From assembly GCA_949300375.1 (NCBI GenBank), contig CASGEB010000007.1, positions 7,439 to 71,438 on the forward strand: a stretch of 64,000 nt of DNA, in the 5' to 3' direction. Below are positions 46,653 to 56,528 of the stretch, in pieces (the first letter of the stretch is position 1; each line of letters opens with the position of its first letter). Under the pieces are notes generated by a model. That model searched no databases, had not been told where the DNA came from, and saw nothing but the letters and a program-made list of their open reading frames with translations. A program made the position numbers and the translations under genes. The stretch comes from an uncultured Pseudomonadota bacterium. Its GTDB lineage: Bacteria > Pseudomonadota > Alphaproteobacteria > RF32 > CAG-239.

Positions 46653-48032
46653 TTAATTAAACCAATTAATCAGCCTTTGAACATTGCCGATTTCGTACAG
46701 CGACATTCCGTAGTCCCGCTTATTGCCGGAATTGTCCTTTTTATGCTCCGGCGGCATTATAGCGCTGGCAAAACCAAGCTTATGCGCTTCTTTCAACCTT
46801 AAATTCGGCTGGCTGACCGCACGAATCTCACCAGAAAGGCCGATTTCGCCAAAGATAACCATATCATGCGGCAAAGGTTTGTTGGTCAGCGAGGATATTA
46901 CGGCCATAGCAACGGCCAAATCAGCCGCCGGTTCGGTTATTCTTAATCCGCCGGCAATATTCAGATAAACATCCTGAGAACTCAGATTTATGCCGCAGCG
47001 GGCTTCCAATACCGCCAGAACCATTGACAAACGGTTGCTGTCCCAGCCGACGACGGCGCGTTTGGGACTGGCATATCCGGTTTGGCTGACCAGCGCCTGG
47101 ATTTCTACCAAAACAGGGCGAGAGCCTTCTATGCCTGCAAAAACACAGGAGCCGGAGATATTTCCCTGCCTTTCCGCCAAAAACAGAGCCGAAGGGTTGT
47201 CTACTTCTACCAGCCCCTGATCCTGCATTTCAAAAACTCCGATTTCGTCAGTAGCGCCGTAACGGTTTTTTACCGCCCGCAAAATCCGGAAATGGTGTCC
47301 TCTTTCGCCCTCAAAATACAAAACTGTATCGACCATATGTTCCAAAACGCGCGGCCCGGCAATGGACCCCTGTTTAGTAACATGCCCGACCAAAAACAGC
47401 GTAAAGCCTTTCTTTTTGGCCAATTTTATCAATTCATAGCTACAGGCTCTGACCTGGGCGACGCTGCCCGGCGTTGACTCGACTTCTTCCAGATACATGG
47501 TTTGGATGGAATCGATAATCACTACAGCGGCATTCGACTTTTCCAATGTGGCGATAATGTCTTTAATGTCGGTAGCACTGGCCAGTCTGACCGGCGCTTG
47601 TTCCAACCCTAAACGTTTGGCGCGAATCCGCACCTGGTCTATTGCCTCTTCGCCCGAAATATAGTAGCATTCCGGATGTTCCGGCAGATTGGCGATTTTA
47701 GCGCAGGTTTGCAGCAGCAGCGTTGATTTTCCGATACCCGGGTCGCCACCGACTAAAATAACCGATCCGGCGACTAAACCGCCGCCGCAAACACGATCCA
47801 GTTCTTTGATTGATGTTGATAAGCGGTTGAGTTTTTCCTGTGCGCCGCTCAACGGCACAAAATCGATGATTTTACCTTTATGTCTGGGCGCAAGATTGGA
47901 AAAACCTTCTCCGCCGACTTTTTCTTCAACAATCGTATTCCATTCGCCGCAGGCATCGCATTTCCCCTGCCAGCGCGGATATACCGTGCCGCAGTTCTGA
48001 CAAACAAACTCGCTGCCGCCTTTTTTTGCCAT
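46653..48032 (-). CDS. radA: DNA repair protein RadA/Sms
   Basis: 459 aa. N-terminal zinc ribbon CQNCG...CDACGEWN, Walker A GDPGIGKST, KNRYG motif, Lon-like C-terminus. Confidence 0.95.
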   Translation of the reverse strand: MAKKGGSEFVCQNCGTVYPRWQGKCDACGEWNTIVEEKVGGEGFSNLAPRHKGKIIDFVPLSGAQEKLNRLSTSIKELDRVCGGGLVAGSVILVGGDPGIGKSTLLLQTCAKIANLPEHPECYYISGEEAIDQVRIRAKRLGLEQAPVRLASATDIKDIIATLEKSNAAVVIIDSIQTMYLEEVESTPGSVAQVRACSYELIKLAKKKGFTLFLVGHVTKQGSIAGPRVLEHMVDTVLYFEGERGHHFRILRAVKNRYGATDEIGVFEMQDQGLVEVDNPSALFLAERQGNISGSCVFAGIEGSRPVLVEIQALVSQTGYASPKRAVVGWDSNRLSMVLAVLEARCGINLSSQDVYLNIAGGLRITEPAADLAVAMAVISSLTNKPLPHDMVIFGEIGLSGEIRAVSQPNLRLKEAHKLGFASAIMPPEHKKDNSGNKRDYGMSLYEIGNVQRLINWFN

Positions 48033-48035
48033 AGT

Positions 48036-48800
48036 TTAAACCTCTACTTTAATCGGGCCTTTGGAACTTCCGTGAATAAACTGGCAGACATACGGATTGT
48101 CCGTTTTATCCATTTCCTTGACCGTTCCCTGCCAGATAATTTTTCCTTTGTAAAGCATGGCAATCCTATCGGCAATTTTGCGGGCGGAGGCCATATCGTG
48201 CGTGATGGTCAAGGCTGTTGCGCCCAGACCTTTTACCGACTCAATAATCAGATCATTAATCACGTCGGACATAATCGGGTCAAGTCCGGTCGTCGGCTCG
48301 TCAAAAAAGATAATTTCCGGTTTGGTTGCAATAGCGCGTGCCAGACCGACGCGTTTTTGCATACCGCCGGAAAGCTCGGACGGAGACAAATCGGCAACGT
48401 CAGGCGCCAGTCCAACCTGCCGCAAGACATTGATTGCCGCCAGTTTGGCTTCTTTTTTCGGCATTTTCTGATTTTCAATCAGGCCAAAAGCAACATTTTC
48501 CCAAACGCTTAAACTGTCAAACAAGGCGCCGCCCTGAAACAGCATACCCATTTTGGCATGCATTTCTTCTTTTTGTTTTTCGTTAACACCGACAATTTCA
48601 TTGTTGTCAATCTTGATTGAACCGGTCTCCGGCACCAAAATTCCCTGAATGCATTTTATCAAAACCGATTTTCCGGTTCCGGATCCGCCGATAACAACCA
48701 GAGACTCTCCTTTTTTGACTTCCAAATCTACGCCGTCGAGAACAACTTTGCGTCCGAAAGCTTTTTTCAAATTCGTAATTTTAATTTTTGTTTCTGACAT
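48036..48800 (-). CDS. mlaF: ABC transporter ATP-binding protein (MlaF-like)
   Basis: 254 aa. GGSGTGKS, LSGGMQKRVGLARA and IFFDEPTTGLD. Paired with an MlaE-like permease. Confidence 0.85.
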   Translation of the reverse strand: MSETKIKITNLKKAFGRKVVLDGVDLEVKKGESLVVIGGSGTGKSVLIKCIQGILVPETGSIKIDNNEIVGVNEKQKEEMHAKMGMLFQGGALFDSLSVWENVAFGLIENQKMPKKEAKLAAINVLRQVGLAPDVADLSPSELSGGMQKRVGLARAIATKPEIIFFDEPTTGLDPIMSDVINDLIIESVKGLGATALTITHDMASARKIADRIAMLYKGKIIWQGTVKEMDKTDNPYVCQFIHGSSKGPIKVEV

Positions 48801-48820
48801 TGTTTATTCCTCTGCTGCGG

Positions 48821-49645
48821 TTATTTGGAAAAGAAGACTTCGGTAATGATATAGTTGAATATCAAAATCAGGATGGAAGCAGAAACAACGGCGTTGGTTG
48901 TTGCTTCGCCCACACCTTGCGCGCCGCCTTTTGATTTGTATCCGTTATAACACCCCATTAAGGCAATGATAAAGCCAAAGACGCAGGCTTTGACCACGCC
49001 GGTGGTGATATCAATGGCCTGCAGCTCCTGCAAGGTGGAATTGATGTAGTTTGCCGGGTTAAAACCAAGTTTATAAACACCGATGACATATCCGCCGAAA
49101 ATGCCGATAACATCACCAAACAAAACCAGCAGCGGCAAAACCAGAACGCCGGCAACAATCCGGGGCGTTACCAGGTATTTAAACGGATTGGTCGACAAAG
49201 TCGTTAAGGCATCAATTTGTTCGGTAACACGCATTGTGCCGATTTCTGCCGCCATTGCCGCACCGATACGTCCGGCAACCATCAGAGCCGATAAAACCGG
49301 TGCCAGCTCGCGGGTTACGGAGATAAGAACAACGGTAGCAACCGCACTTTCCGCTCCAAAACGGGCAAAACCGGAATAACTTTGCAAGGCAATAACCATA
49401 CCGGCAAAGATTGTGGTCAGTCCGACGACCGGCAGAGAATAAAAGCCGATATCTATCATTTGTTTGCCCAGCAGGCGGAGGTAAAACGGCGGGGTAACAC
49501 AGTTGTATAAGGCGCGGGCGATAAACATTGACAGTTCGCCGAGGCGCGAAATAAACGCAACAAGCGGTTTTCCTTGTTTTCTTAAAAATCTTTCAACATA
49601 TTTTTTTACCATGGTCATCTCTCTTTGAATTAACGCGTTGGGCAT
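48821..49645 (-). CDS. mlaE: ABC transporter permease (MlaE-like)
   Basis: 274 aa multi-TM protein with MlaE-family pattern (RELAPVLSALMVAGRIGAAMAAEIGTMRVTEQIDAL). Start uncertain. Confidence 0.85.
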   Translation of the reverse strand: MPNALIQREMTMVKKYVERFLRKQGKPLVAFISRLGELSMFIARALYNCVTPPFYLRLLGKQMIDIGFYSLPVVGLTTIFAGMVIALQSYSGFARFGAESAVATVVLISVTRELAPVLSALMVAGRIGAAMAAEIGTMRVTEQIDALTTLSTNPFKYLVTPRIVAGVLVLPLLVLFGDVIGIFGGYVIGVYKLGFNPANYINSTLQELQAIDITTGVVKACVFGFIIALMGCYNGYKSKGGAQGVGEATTNAVVSASILILIFNYIITEVFFSK

Positions 49646-49724
49646 ATATTATATATAAAAACAGCAGAAATCAACAAACTAATCAAAGTCATCCCCTTAG
49701 TTCGTTTATCTTTTTGCAACAGAA

Positions 49725-50147
49725 TCAAATGCGCGGAAAATTTAAGAAGGCAATAATTTTGGCAGCAATGGCAGAATCGTTTTCATTAAAATGCAGCAAG
49801 GGAATATTTACATTTTCCAGGCTGTAAGTTTCCGGCTCCGGCAGACGCTCCAGCAAAACAGAGGCCGGTTCCAGTTTGACAACGACATTTATTCTGCTTT
49901 TTTCTTTAGAAGGCAGGTGCAATATCCCGACATTGCGCACTTCCAAAAGACCTTTGATGTTTTCCGGCGAAGAAGCATAAATTTCTCCTGCTTTCGGCTC
50001 AACTTCCACCCGGTCATCGGCTACCAGTGCGGCATTATAATTCAAAATCAATTCCAGGCACAGGCCGGATTTTCCGCTGCCTGACACCCCGAGAAGCAGT
50101 ATTCCCTTGTTTTCATAATCGACGCAGGATGCATGAATATTACTCAT
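49725..50147 (-). CDS. hprK: short HPr kinase/phosphorylase (C-terminal catalytic domain only)
   Basis: 140 aa. GILLLGVSGSGKSGLCLEL P-loop, ALVADD, LEVRNVGIL. ATGA overlap with the tsaE stop. Confidence 0.75.
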   Translation of the reverse strand: MSNIHASCVDYENKGILLLGVSGSGKSGLCLELILNYNAALVADDRVEVEPKAGEIYASSPENIKGLLEVRNVGILHLPSKEKSRINVVVKLEPASVLLERLPEPETYSLENVNIPLLHFNENDSAIAAKIIAFLNFPRI

Positions 50148-50611
50148 ATGATTTTTTCCAATTCCGCCAGCCGTTGTTTTTTTTCTTCAGAATTGCCGGA
50201 TATGGTTATCTTCCGCCCGTTTTCAAAAGGCGTGATCTCAACCCGGAAACAATTGCGCGGCAGATATCCCCCCATCATTTCCGGCCATTCAATCAGACTG
50301 ACGCCCTGATACATGGCGTCTTCCATACCGATTTCAAAAATTTCTTCCGGCGATTTAATCCGGTATAAATCGTAGTGAAAAATTTCAAAATCCGGCGCAT
50401 CATAACTTTGCACCAGCGTAAAAGTCGGGCTCGGAACCTCCCCTGCTCCGGACAGGCTTTGGATAAAAGCACGAGCCAATACACTTTTTCCCATTCCTAA
50501 CGTGCCAAACAGGGCAAAAACATCGCCGATTTTGGCAATCTGCGCCAATTTTTGCCCGAATCTTGCCGTTGAAGATTCGTCTGTCGAGATATATTCAAAA
50601 GTTTCCGTCAT
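50144..50611 (-). CDS. tsaE: tRNA threonylcarbamoyladenosine biosynthesis ATPase TsaE
   Basis: GTLGMGKSVLARAF P-loop, SPTFTLVQSY, HYDLYR. ATG 50611 is preferred over TTG 50623. Confidence 0.85.
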   Translation of the reverse strand: MTETFEYISTDESSTARFGQKLAQIAKIGDVFALFGTLGMGKSVLARAFIQSLSGAGEVPSPTFTLVQSYDAPDFEIFHYDLYRIKSPEEIFEIGMEDAMYQGVSLIEWPEMMGGYLPRNCFRVEITPFENGRKITISGNSEEKKQRLAELEKII

Positions 50612-50615
50612 ATGT

Positions 50616-51569
50616 TTACTCAAAAATATCGCCGATGTGCCTGCGTTTCGGACGGGTGATTTTGATTTCCGGACGCTGCTGCTGAATTTGCCGCCAGTCC
50701 CAAGGTTTATAAAACTTTCCGTTCCACAGGCCGCGGCGGTTTATTTTCGCCTGTTGCTCGTAAGGAACATAAATATCGGTGTATTTTTCATAAGCAACCG
50801 CCCAGCCGGCATTGACGATTGCCGCGCCTAAATCATAAGCTCCCAAAGCACAGTTGCCGACCATATTGCCTTTTTTATCCTGCTGCATAATCCGGCATTC
50901 CAGAGGATTGTCCATAATCCAGTCCCGCAGCCAGCGCGCCGCTATTTTGCCGCAACTGTAAGAACGTCCGTTTCCGTCGGCGCAACGCTGATTAAGCTCC
51001 GGCGCATCAATTCCGTATAGTTTGAAAAAACGCCCTTTAATTTTTAACGTATCCCCGCTGATTACGCCGGCAGAACCATAAATCGTCGGATAAGCAGGCG
51101 CCCGGGGGACAGGCTGTTGAACAGCTCCGCCGCCGAAACCTTCCGATAAACGGTTGACCAGTTGTTCCATACCGTTTTCTTGTTCTTCAGAAGCCTGCCG
51201 GTTTTGAGTATTGTAAAATTCTTCATCCATTTCCTGAGGAATTTCCGCCGTGCGGGAAAACTGCCGGGGAGAAGAATTTTGTCCGAGAAAGGATTTGATA
51301 TTCGGAATGATTCCCCCTATTCCGTTATTAAAAGCTCCGATGGCATACAAAATAAATACAATAATGCCCAGGATAATCAGTACTGACGGCAGACAGCCCA
51401 TTGCCCGCCAGGCCATCCGGGCAAAAAGATATAAAATGACCAGACCAATCAATAATCCGAAGAAACCGCCGCCCTGTAATACAGTGCTGGAACTCTGGGT
51501 TCCGGCTCCGCCCGCCAATATCAGAAACAAAGCGCCGCAGCCCAGCATTATCTTTTTTAAAAATCCCAT
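50616..51569 (-). CDS. membrane-anchored thermonuclease (SNase-like) domain protein
   Basis: 317 aa. Gly-rich N-terminal TM segments, a linker, then GDTLKIKGRFFKLYGIDAPE...GLWNG resembling staphylococcal nuclease homologs. Confidence 0.7.
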   Translation of the reverse strand: MGFLKKIMLGCGALFLILAGGAGTQSSSTVLQGGGFFGLLIGLVILYLFARMAWRAMGCLPSVLIILGIIVFILYAIGAFNNGIGGIIPNIKSFLGQNSSPRQFSRTAEIPQEMDEEFYNTQNRQASEEQENGMEQLVNRLSEGFGGGAVQQPVPRAPAYPTIYGSAGVISGDTLKIKGRFFKLYGIDAPELNQRCADGNGRSYSCGKIAARWLRDWIMDNPLECRIMQQDKKGNMVGNCALGAYDLGAAIVNAGWAVAYEKYTDIYVPYEQQAKINRRGLWNGKFYKPWDWRQIQQQRPEIKITRPKRRHIGDIFE

Positions 51570-51730
51570 AGAATTTTCCCGTTTGTCTGATTTTTATTGC
51601 TTTTACCTTAGGAGATTTTAGTAAATATATGGTTACTTTTTTTGTTATCAATTGCCAATTTATACTGGTTTTGTGCTTTTTATCCGAATATCATTATTGT
51701 TGTTTTATACTTAAAACTTAAGGAAAATTT

Positions 51731-52387
51731 ATGGTTAGAGTAATTGAACCCAGTTATGAGATATGGACTCCGATTGACGGCGATTATATTTTGAAATTTA
51801 TAGAAAAATGCGCTCGCAACTGTTATAAATCCGAAGGCGCCATTACCGAGGGCAGCGCCGCAAAAATGGTCAAAAAACTGATTGAGCTCGGGCATACCGC
51901 CATGTTGGAACATTACAATATTACAGTCAAAATAACCTGTGATCTCGGTTGTTATAAAGACTTGACACGCCACCGCCATGTTTCTTTTGCAATAGAAAGC
52001 ACCCGTTACTGTAATTATTTCAAAGATAAATTCGGATCAGAAATCACCGTTATCAAACCCTGCCATATTCAGGAGGGTACAGAAATGTACAAAACCTGGT
52101 ATGACGGAATGTGTGAAATAGAAAAACAATATATGAAAATGTGCGAATTGGGAGCAAAGGCTGACCAGGCAAGAATGCTGCTGCCGCATTCCGTTAAGGC
52201 CGATGTGGTGATGACGGCTAATTTGCGCGAATGGCGCCATGTTTTGACATTAAGGACAGCTGCCGCAGCTCATCCGACGGTTCAGCAGATTATGAAAGCT
52301 GTCTTGAAAGACTTTAAACAGCATATTCCGGTTGTGTTTGACGATATCGGACAAGATTTAAATACACCGTTACAAAATGCGTCATAA
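51731..52387 (+). CDS. thyX: FAD-dependent thymidylate synthase
   Basis: 218 aa. ThyX signature RHRHVSFAIESTRY. Confidence 0.9.
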   Translation: MVRVIEPSYEIWTPIDGDYILKFIEKCARNCYKSEGAITEGSAAKMVKKLIELGHTAMLEHYNITVKITCDLGCYKDLTRHRHVSFAIESTRYCNYFKDKFGSEITVIKPCHIQEGTEMYKTWYDGMCEIEKQYMKMCELGAKADQARMLLPHSVKADVVMTANLREWRHVLTLRTAAAAHPTVQQIMKAVLKDFKQHIPVVFDDIGQDLNTPLQNAS

Positions 52388-52485
52388 TAAAAAATATTAA
52401 AAGAAAATCCCTGAACTTTGAACAGTCCCCCGAAAGTTGGACAGTAAAAAAGTCCCGGGGATTTTCTTCAATAAAATAATTTGTT

Positions 52486-54915
52486 TTATCTGAACATACT
52501 GCCATGCGTTTCTCTGGCATAATGAACATATTTTTTATACAGATATTCCAGACGTTTTTGAACCTCATAATTAACGGTTCCTTTTTTATAGCGGCCATTT
52601 TTATCAGATTTTCCGGCTTTTATTCCGGTCAAAATTTCAATGCCGTCATCAACCGTATCTATGGCATAAATATGAAATTTTCCTTCATCGACAGCCGTTA
52701 AAATATCATCACGCAGCATCAGGTTTTTAATATTTGTCCGCGGAATGATAACGCCTTGCGTCCCGGTCAGCCCGTGATGTTTGCAGACATCGAAAAAGCC
52801 TTCGATTTTCTCATTCACGCCGCCAATCGGCTGAATTTCGCCAAACTGGTTGATAGACCCGGTTACGGCAATGTTTTGTTTAATCGGAATTCCGGAAATG
52901 GCTGACAAAAGGCAGTAATATTCGGTTGAAGACGCACTGTCGCCGTCCACGCCGCCGTAAGACTGCTCAAAAACTATCGAAGCGCTCAAGGACAACGGTG
53001 TTTCTTTGGCAAAACGATTGGCCAGCAAACTTTGTAAGATAAGCACGCCTTTAGTATGAATTGGACCACTCATTTCGACTTCGCGCTCAATATTAACAAA
53101 ATCGCCGCTGCCAATCCGAACCTGAGCTGTGATTCTTGCCGGTTTGCCAAAGCTGGTGCGGGAGAAGTTATATACGACCAGGCCGTTAATCTGCCCGACG
53201 CGCGAACCGGTTACATCCATCAAAATCGAACCATCGTCAATTTGTTCCAACATCGCTTCTTTTATCCGGCTGCTCCGGTAAATTTGTGCTTCTATTGCCT
53301 GTTCAACGTGATTTTTGCCGATTTGGTTGGATTTTGAAACCCGGGCCCAATAGTCTGCTTCTCTCAACAAATCGCCTATCGAGGCAATATGGGCGGTTAA
53401 TTTTTCAGAATCTTCCGCCAAACGGGACGAATATTCAATAATTTTGGCAACGGCCTGTTTATTCAATGAACGCAGTTTCTTTTTCTTGGACAACGAACCG
53501 ATTAACTTGGCATATTCGATTTCATTATCGTGCGTTCTGTCCATCAACATACCAAAGTCGGCTTCAACTTTGAAGAAATCATTGAAGTCGGGATCCCTTT
53601 CCGACAAAACGTCATATAAATCGGCATCGCCCGTCAGAATAACTTTGACATCCAACGGAATCGGCTCGGGATCAAGAGAGATGGTCGTAAAACTGGTTTC
53701 ATCGCTCGGCGCCTCAATTTTTATGCATTTTGAGGCTAATGCCCGTTTCAGGGAATCCCAGGCAAATGGCTGCAAAAGAAGCTTGCGGGCGTCAATCAGC
53801 AGAAAGCCTCCGTTGGCGCGGTGCAAAGCGCCGGCTTTAATCAAAGTAAAGTCTGTCAGCAAAGCACCATATTGCTGCAGCCGTTCAACCCGTCCGACCA
53901 GATTGCCCTGCGTCGGGTGATCAAGGTGAACTATCGGGGCGCCGGAGTTTTTCTCGTTTTTAACAACGACATTAACCTTAAATTTGGCGAACTTATCTTC
54001 TTCCTGTTTGTTCATCCGGTTGAGCAGGGAAGTCAGAGCATCTTCTTCGCAGCCGGCGTTTTCTTTGTCCGGCAAAAATTCTTCAATATGTTCAACAATA
54101 TATTTCTGAATACTGCGCAGAAATTCTCCTGCCTGGCGGTGTCCTTTATATTTCTGACGCAAGGCGTCTATCGGGCGCTTAACGGCTATTTTGATAAATT
54201 TTTCACGCAAAATGTTAATTTCTTTACGCTGCTTTTCTTCATAATCGGGCAAATCCTGCGCTGTGTTTTCAATCTCTTCCTGCATGGCATTGAGATCGCT
54301 CATCAACTGCTGTTTTTCGTTATCCGGGAGTTCTTCAAACGCTTCCGGACTCAAAACTTCGCCGTTTTTGACCGGGGCAACAACCAGCCCGACCGGCATA
54401 TGAAGCAGAGATACGCTTTTTCCCTTGGCTTTTTTTTGCAGGATTTTTATATATTCTTCTTTTTTCTGCTTATATTTTTCTTTGATAATGCTTAATCCGG
54501 CTTTATATTCGTCGCTGTCAACAATTGCCGGCAGGGAAACAGAAAAGTCTTCAATCAATTTATCAATATCTTTGGCAAATTCGGTTGCTTTGGACGGCGG
54601 AAAACTGATTGCCAGAGGTTTATGCGGTTCTTCAAAATTGTAAATATACGCCCAGTCATCCGGGGTCGGGCGTTTTTTGGCCTCTTCGACCAAAACGCGT
54701 TTGACCAGGCTGGTTTTGCCGGTTCCTTCCGGCCCCAGACAAAACAGGTTATATCCTTTTGACTTGATGTTTATTCCAACTTCAACAGCACTTAAAGCCC
54801 TATCCTGCCCAAGAGCGGAAAGGCGTTCGGCAAGTTCGGCCGTTGTGCTGAAATCAAATTTTTTGGGATCGCATTTGGTATAAAGCTGCTCGGATTTTAA
54901 TTTTGAAATGCTCAT
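52486..54915 (-). CDS. Lon-like ATP-dependent protease (AAA+ with large insertion + S16 Lon C-terminal domain)
   Basis: 809 aa. Walker A GPEGTGKTS. C-terminal Lon proteolytic domain with SYGGVDGDSASS (catalytic Ser context) and a downstream GGVNEKIEGF segment (probably the catalytic Lys context). Confidence 0.8.
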   Translation of the reverse strand: MSISKLKSEQLYTKCDPKKFDFSTTAELAERLSALGQDRALSAVEVGINIKSKGYNLFCLGPEGTGKTSLVKRVLVEEAKKRPTPDDWAYIYNFEEPHKPLAISFPPSKATEFAKDIDKLIEDFSVSLPAIVDSDEYKAGLSIIKEKYKQKKEEYIKILQKKAKGKSVSLLHMPVGLVVAPVKNGEVLSPEAFEELPDNEKQQLMSDLNAMQEEIENTAQDLPDYEEKQRKEINILREKFIKIAVKRPIDALRQKYKGHRQAGEFLRSIQKYIVEHIEEFLPDKENAGCEEDALTSLLNRMNKQEEDKFAKFKVNVVVKNEKNSGAPIVHLDHPTQGNLVGRVERLQQYGALLTDFTLIKAGALHRANGGFLLIDARKLLLQPFAWDSLKRALASKCIKIEAPSDETSFTTISLDPEPIPLDVKVILTGDADLYDVLSERDPDFNDFFKVEADFGMLMDRTHDNEIEYAKLIGSLSKKKKLRSLNKQAVAKIIEYSSRLAEDSEKLTAHIASIGDLLREADYWARVSKSNQIGKNHVEQAIEAQIYRSSRIKEAMLEQIDDGSILMDVTGSRVGQINGLVVYNFSRTSFGKPARITAQVRIGSGDFVNIEREVEMSGPIHTKGVLILQSLLANRFAKETPLSLSASIVFEQSYGGVDGDSASSTEYYCLLSAISGIPIKQNIAVTGSINQFGEIQPIGGVNEKIEGFFDVCKHHGLTGTQGVIIPRTNIKNLMLRDDILTAVDEGKFHIYAIDTVDDGIEILTGIKAGKSDKNGRYKKGTVNYEVQKRLEYLYKKYVHYARETHGSMFR

Positions 54916-54998
54916 TTTGAAAAATTTCCTATACTTCTGTTTTTTTATTGCTATGCTGATAATATAAGTGCAATAACTAAGATAATGTTAAAGATTTG

Positions 54999-56471
54999 AT
55001 GAAATATTTGTTACTGACCACAATTTTATTTTTCAGCGTTTTGTTTCTGCTGTTGAGAAAGTCATTGCTGACGGCCTGCTGGAAAAAGAAAATTTTTCAG
55101 CATTTGTTGTATTTGCAGTCCTTTAATACCGGAGAAAAATTTTTTGCCAGACCGACTTCCGACCGAATCTGCCGTCTTGCATTGCAGCAAAGCGGCGGAG
55201 AAGAAGCCCTGCAGCATTTTATTTCCGAACAGAGCAAGCCGCTGCGTTATCTTTTGAAAAAAGCAGGTTTGCAAAAAGAAGCCGCCGTTCTGACAGCTTG
55301 CCGAAAACCGGAAAAAGCCATCCGCCCTCTTGTTTCCTGTTTGAAAAACAAACCTGATGACCATGAAACGGCTGTTTATCTGGCAGAACTCTATTTTTTG
55401 ACAGGAAAAAAGGAAAAAGGAATGGCTTTGCTGGAAAAAATTCCTTCCAAAATTAAAAACCGCTATATCCGCGCGGTTAAAAATTATTTGCTGGCTCAAG
55501 ACGCCGCAAGCTGCGGCTGTCTGCAGGAGGCATCGGAATACGGCGCAGCAGCCGTTGCCGGTTTTGAAAAAGAACACGCCTTCTACGAGGCGGCAAGGGC
55601 GCAGATCTTTTTGGGAACAATTTACCGCGTTTCTGCCATAGAAGATGTTTCCGAGCTAATGCTGCGGGCTGCGAAAAAAATTTATGAAGACATAAAATTT
55701 CCGGACGGCGTGGCCGATGCCTGCGGAAATCTTGGTATGCTGATGGTTATGCAAAAACGCTTTGATGAAGCTGAAAATTATTTTCACCAAGCCCGCTGCA
55801 TAAATAAAAAACTCGGCAGAAAAACGGCTGAAGCTGAAATCATCAACCAATCGGCCTTAATGAAACTTATCCGAGGAGATGCCAAAGGAGCGCACAAAAC
55901 AGTTTTGGACGCATTAAAAATGCACCAAGAACAAAAAAATCCACAGGGAGAAGCCTTTAGTTTTGATATCTCCTGTTATATTCTGCTGCATCAGAAAAAT
56001 TATAAACCTTTGATTAAAACTGCGGAAAAAGCAGAAAAGCTGCATACGGCGCTTAATGATGCGTCGTCGCGACTGGATTGTCTATATTTGCAGGCAACGG
56101 CTTATTTTGAACTGGGTGAAACGGAAAAAGCGGAATCTATTTTGCGACAAATTGCCGAAGAAGCAAAAAACGAATCCGCCAATTTTCATATTGCCAACGC
56201 TTACAGCCTGCTCGGACTTATTTTTTTGCAAAAGGGAGAATTGCTGCGGGCAAAGGGCTTTTTTGCCCAGTCTCTGCAGTTGGAACAGAAAAACGACCGA
56301 TTAAACGCTGCCGCAACAGATTTTGCCAATATAGCCCTGATTGAACATAAGCGCGGGCAAAAAGAAGATGCACGCAAGAATTTGGAACAAGCCGTTCAAT
56401 GCGCAAAAATCTGTGGTGATGAGGAATTGGAAAAAATTCTGAGCGAAGAATTATCTAAATATTCAGATTAA
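54999..56471 (+). CDS. TPR-repeat protein with N-terminal membrane anchor
   Basis: About 490 aa. N-terminal hydrophobic helix, then repeated 34-residue A/L/Y/G patterns (e.g. ANAYSLLGLIFLQKGELLRAKGFFAQSLQLEQ). Confidence 0.65.
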   Translation: MKYLLLTTILFFSVLFLLLRKSLLTACWKKKIFQHLLYLQSFNTGEKFFARPTSDRICRLALQQSGGEEALQHFISEQSKPLRYLLKKAGLQKEAAVLTACRKPEKAIRPLVSCLKNKPDDHETAVYLAELYFLTGKKEKGMALLEKIPSKIKNRYIRAVKNYLLAQDAASCGCLQEASEYGAAAVAGFEKEHAFYEAARAQIFLGTIYRVSAIEDVSELMLRAAKKIYEDIKFPDGVADACGNLGMLMVMQKRFDEAENYFHQARCINKKLGRKTAEAEIINQSALMKLIRGDAKGAHKTVLDALKMHQEQKNPQGEAFSFDISCYILLHQKNYKPLIKTAEKAEKLHTALNDASSRLDCLYLQATAYFELGETEKAESILRQIAEEAKNESANFHIANAYSLLGLIFLQKGELLRAKGFFAQSLQLEQKNDRLNAAATDFANIALIEHKRGQKEDARKNLEQAVQCAKICGDEELEKILSEELSKYSD

Positions 56472-56528
56472 CTCTTTGACATTTAAGAAAAAAGCCCTGC
56501 TACATATACAGGGCTCTTTGAAAAACAA

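Noticed and set aside
47880-48512. 210-aa plus-strand ORF
   Set aside because: Spans the radA/mlaF boundary in antisense. No motifs, whereas both sense genes are certain.
53821-54495. 224-aa plus-strand ORF
   Set aside because: Antisense to the Lon-like protease. F/N/I-rich shadow ORF.
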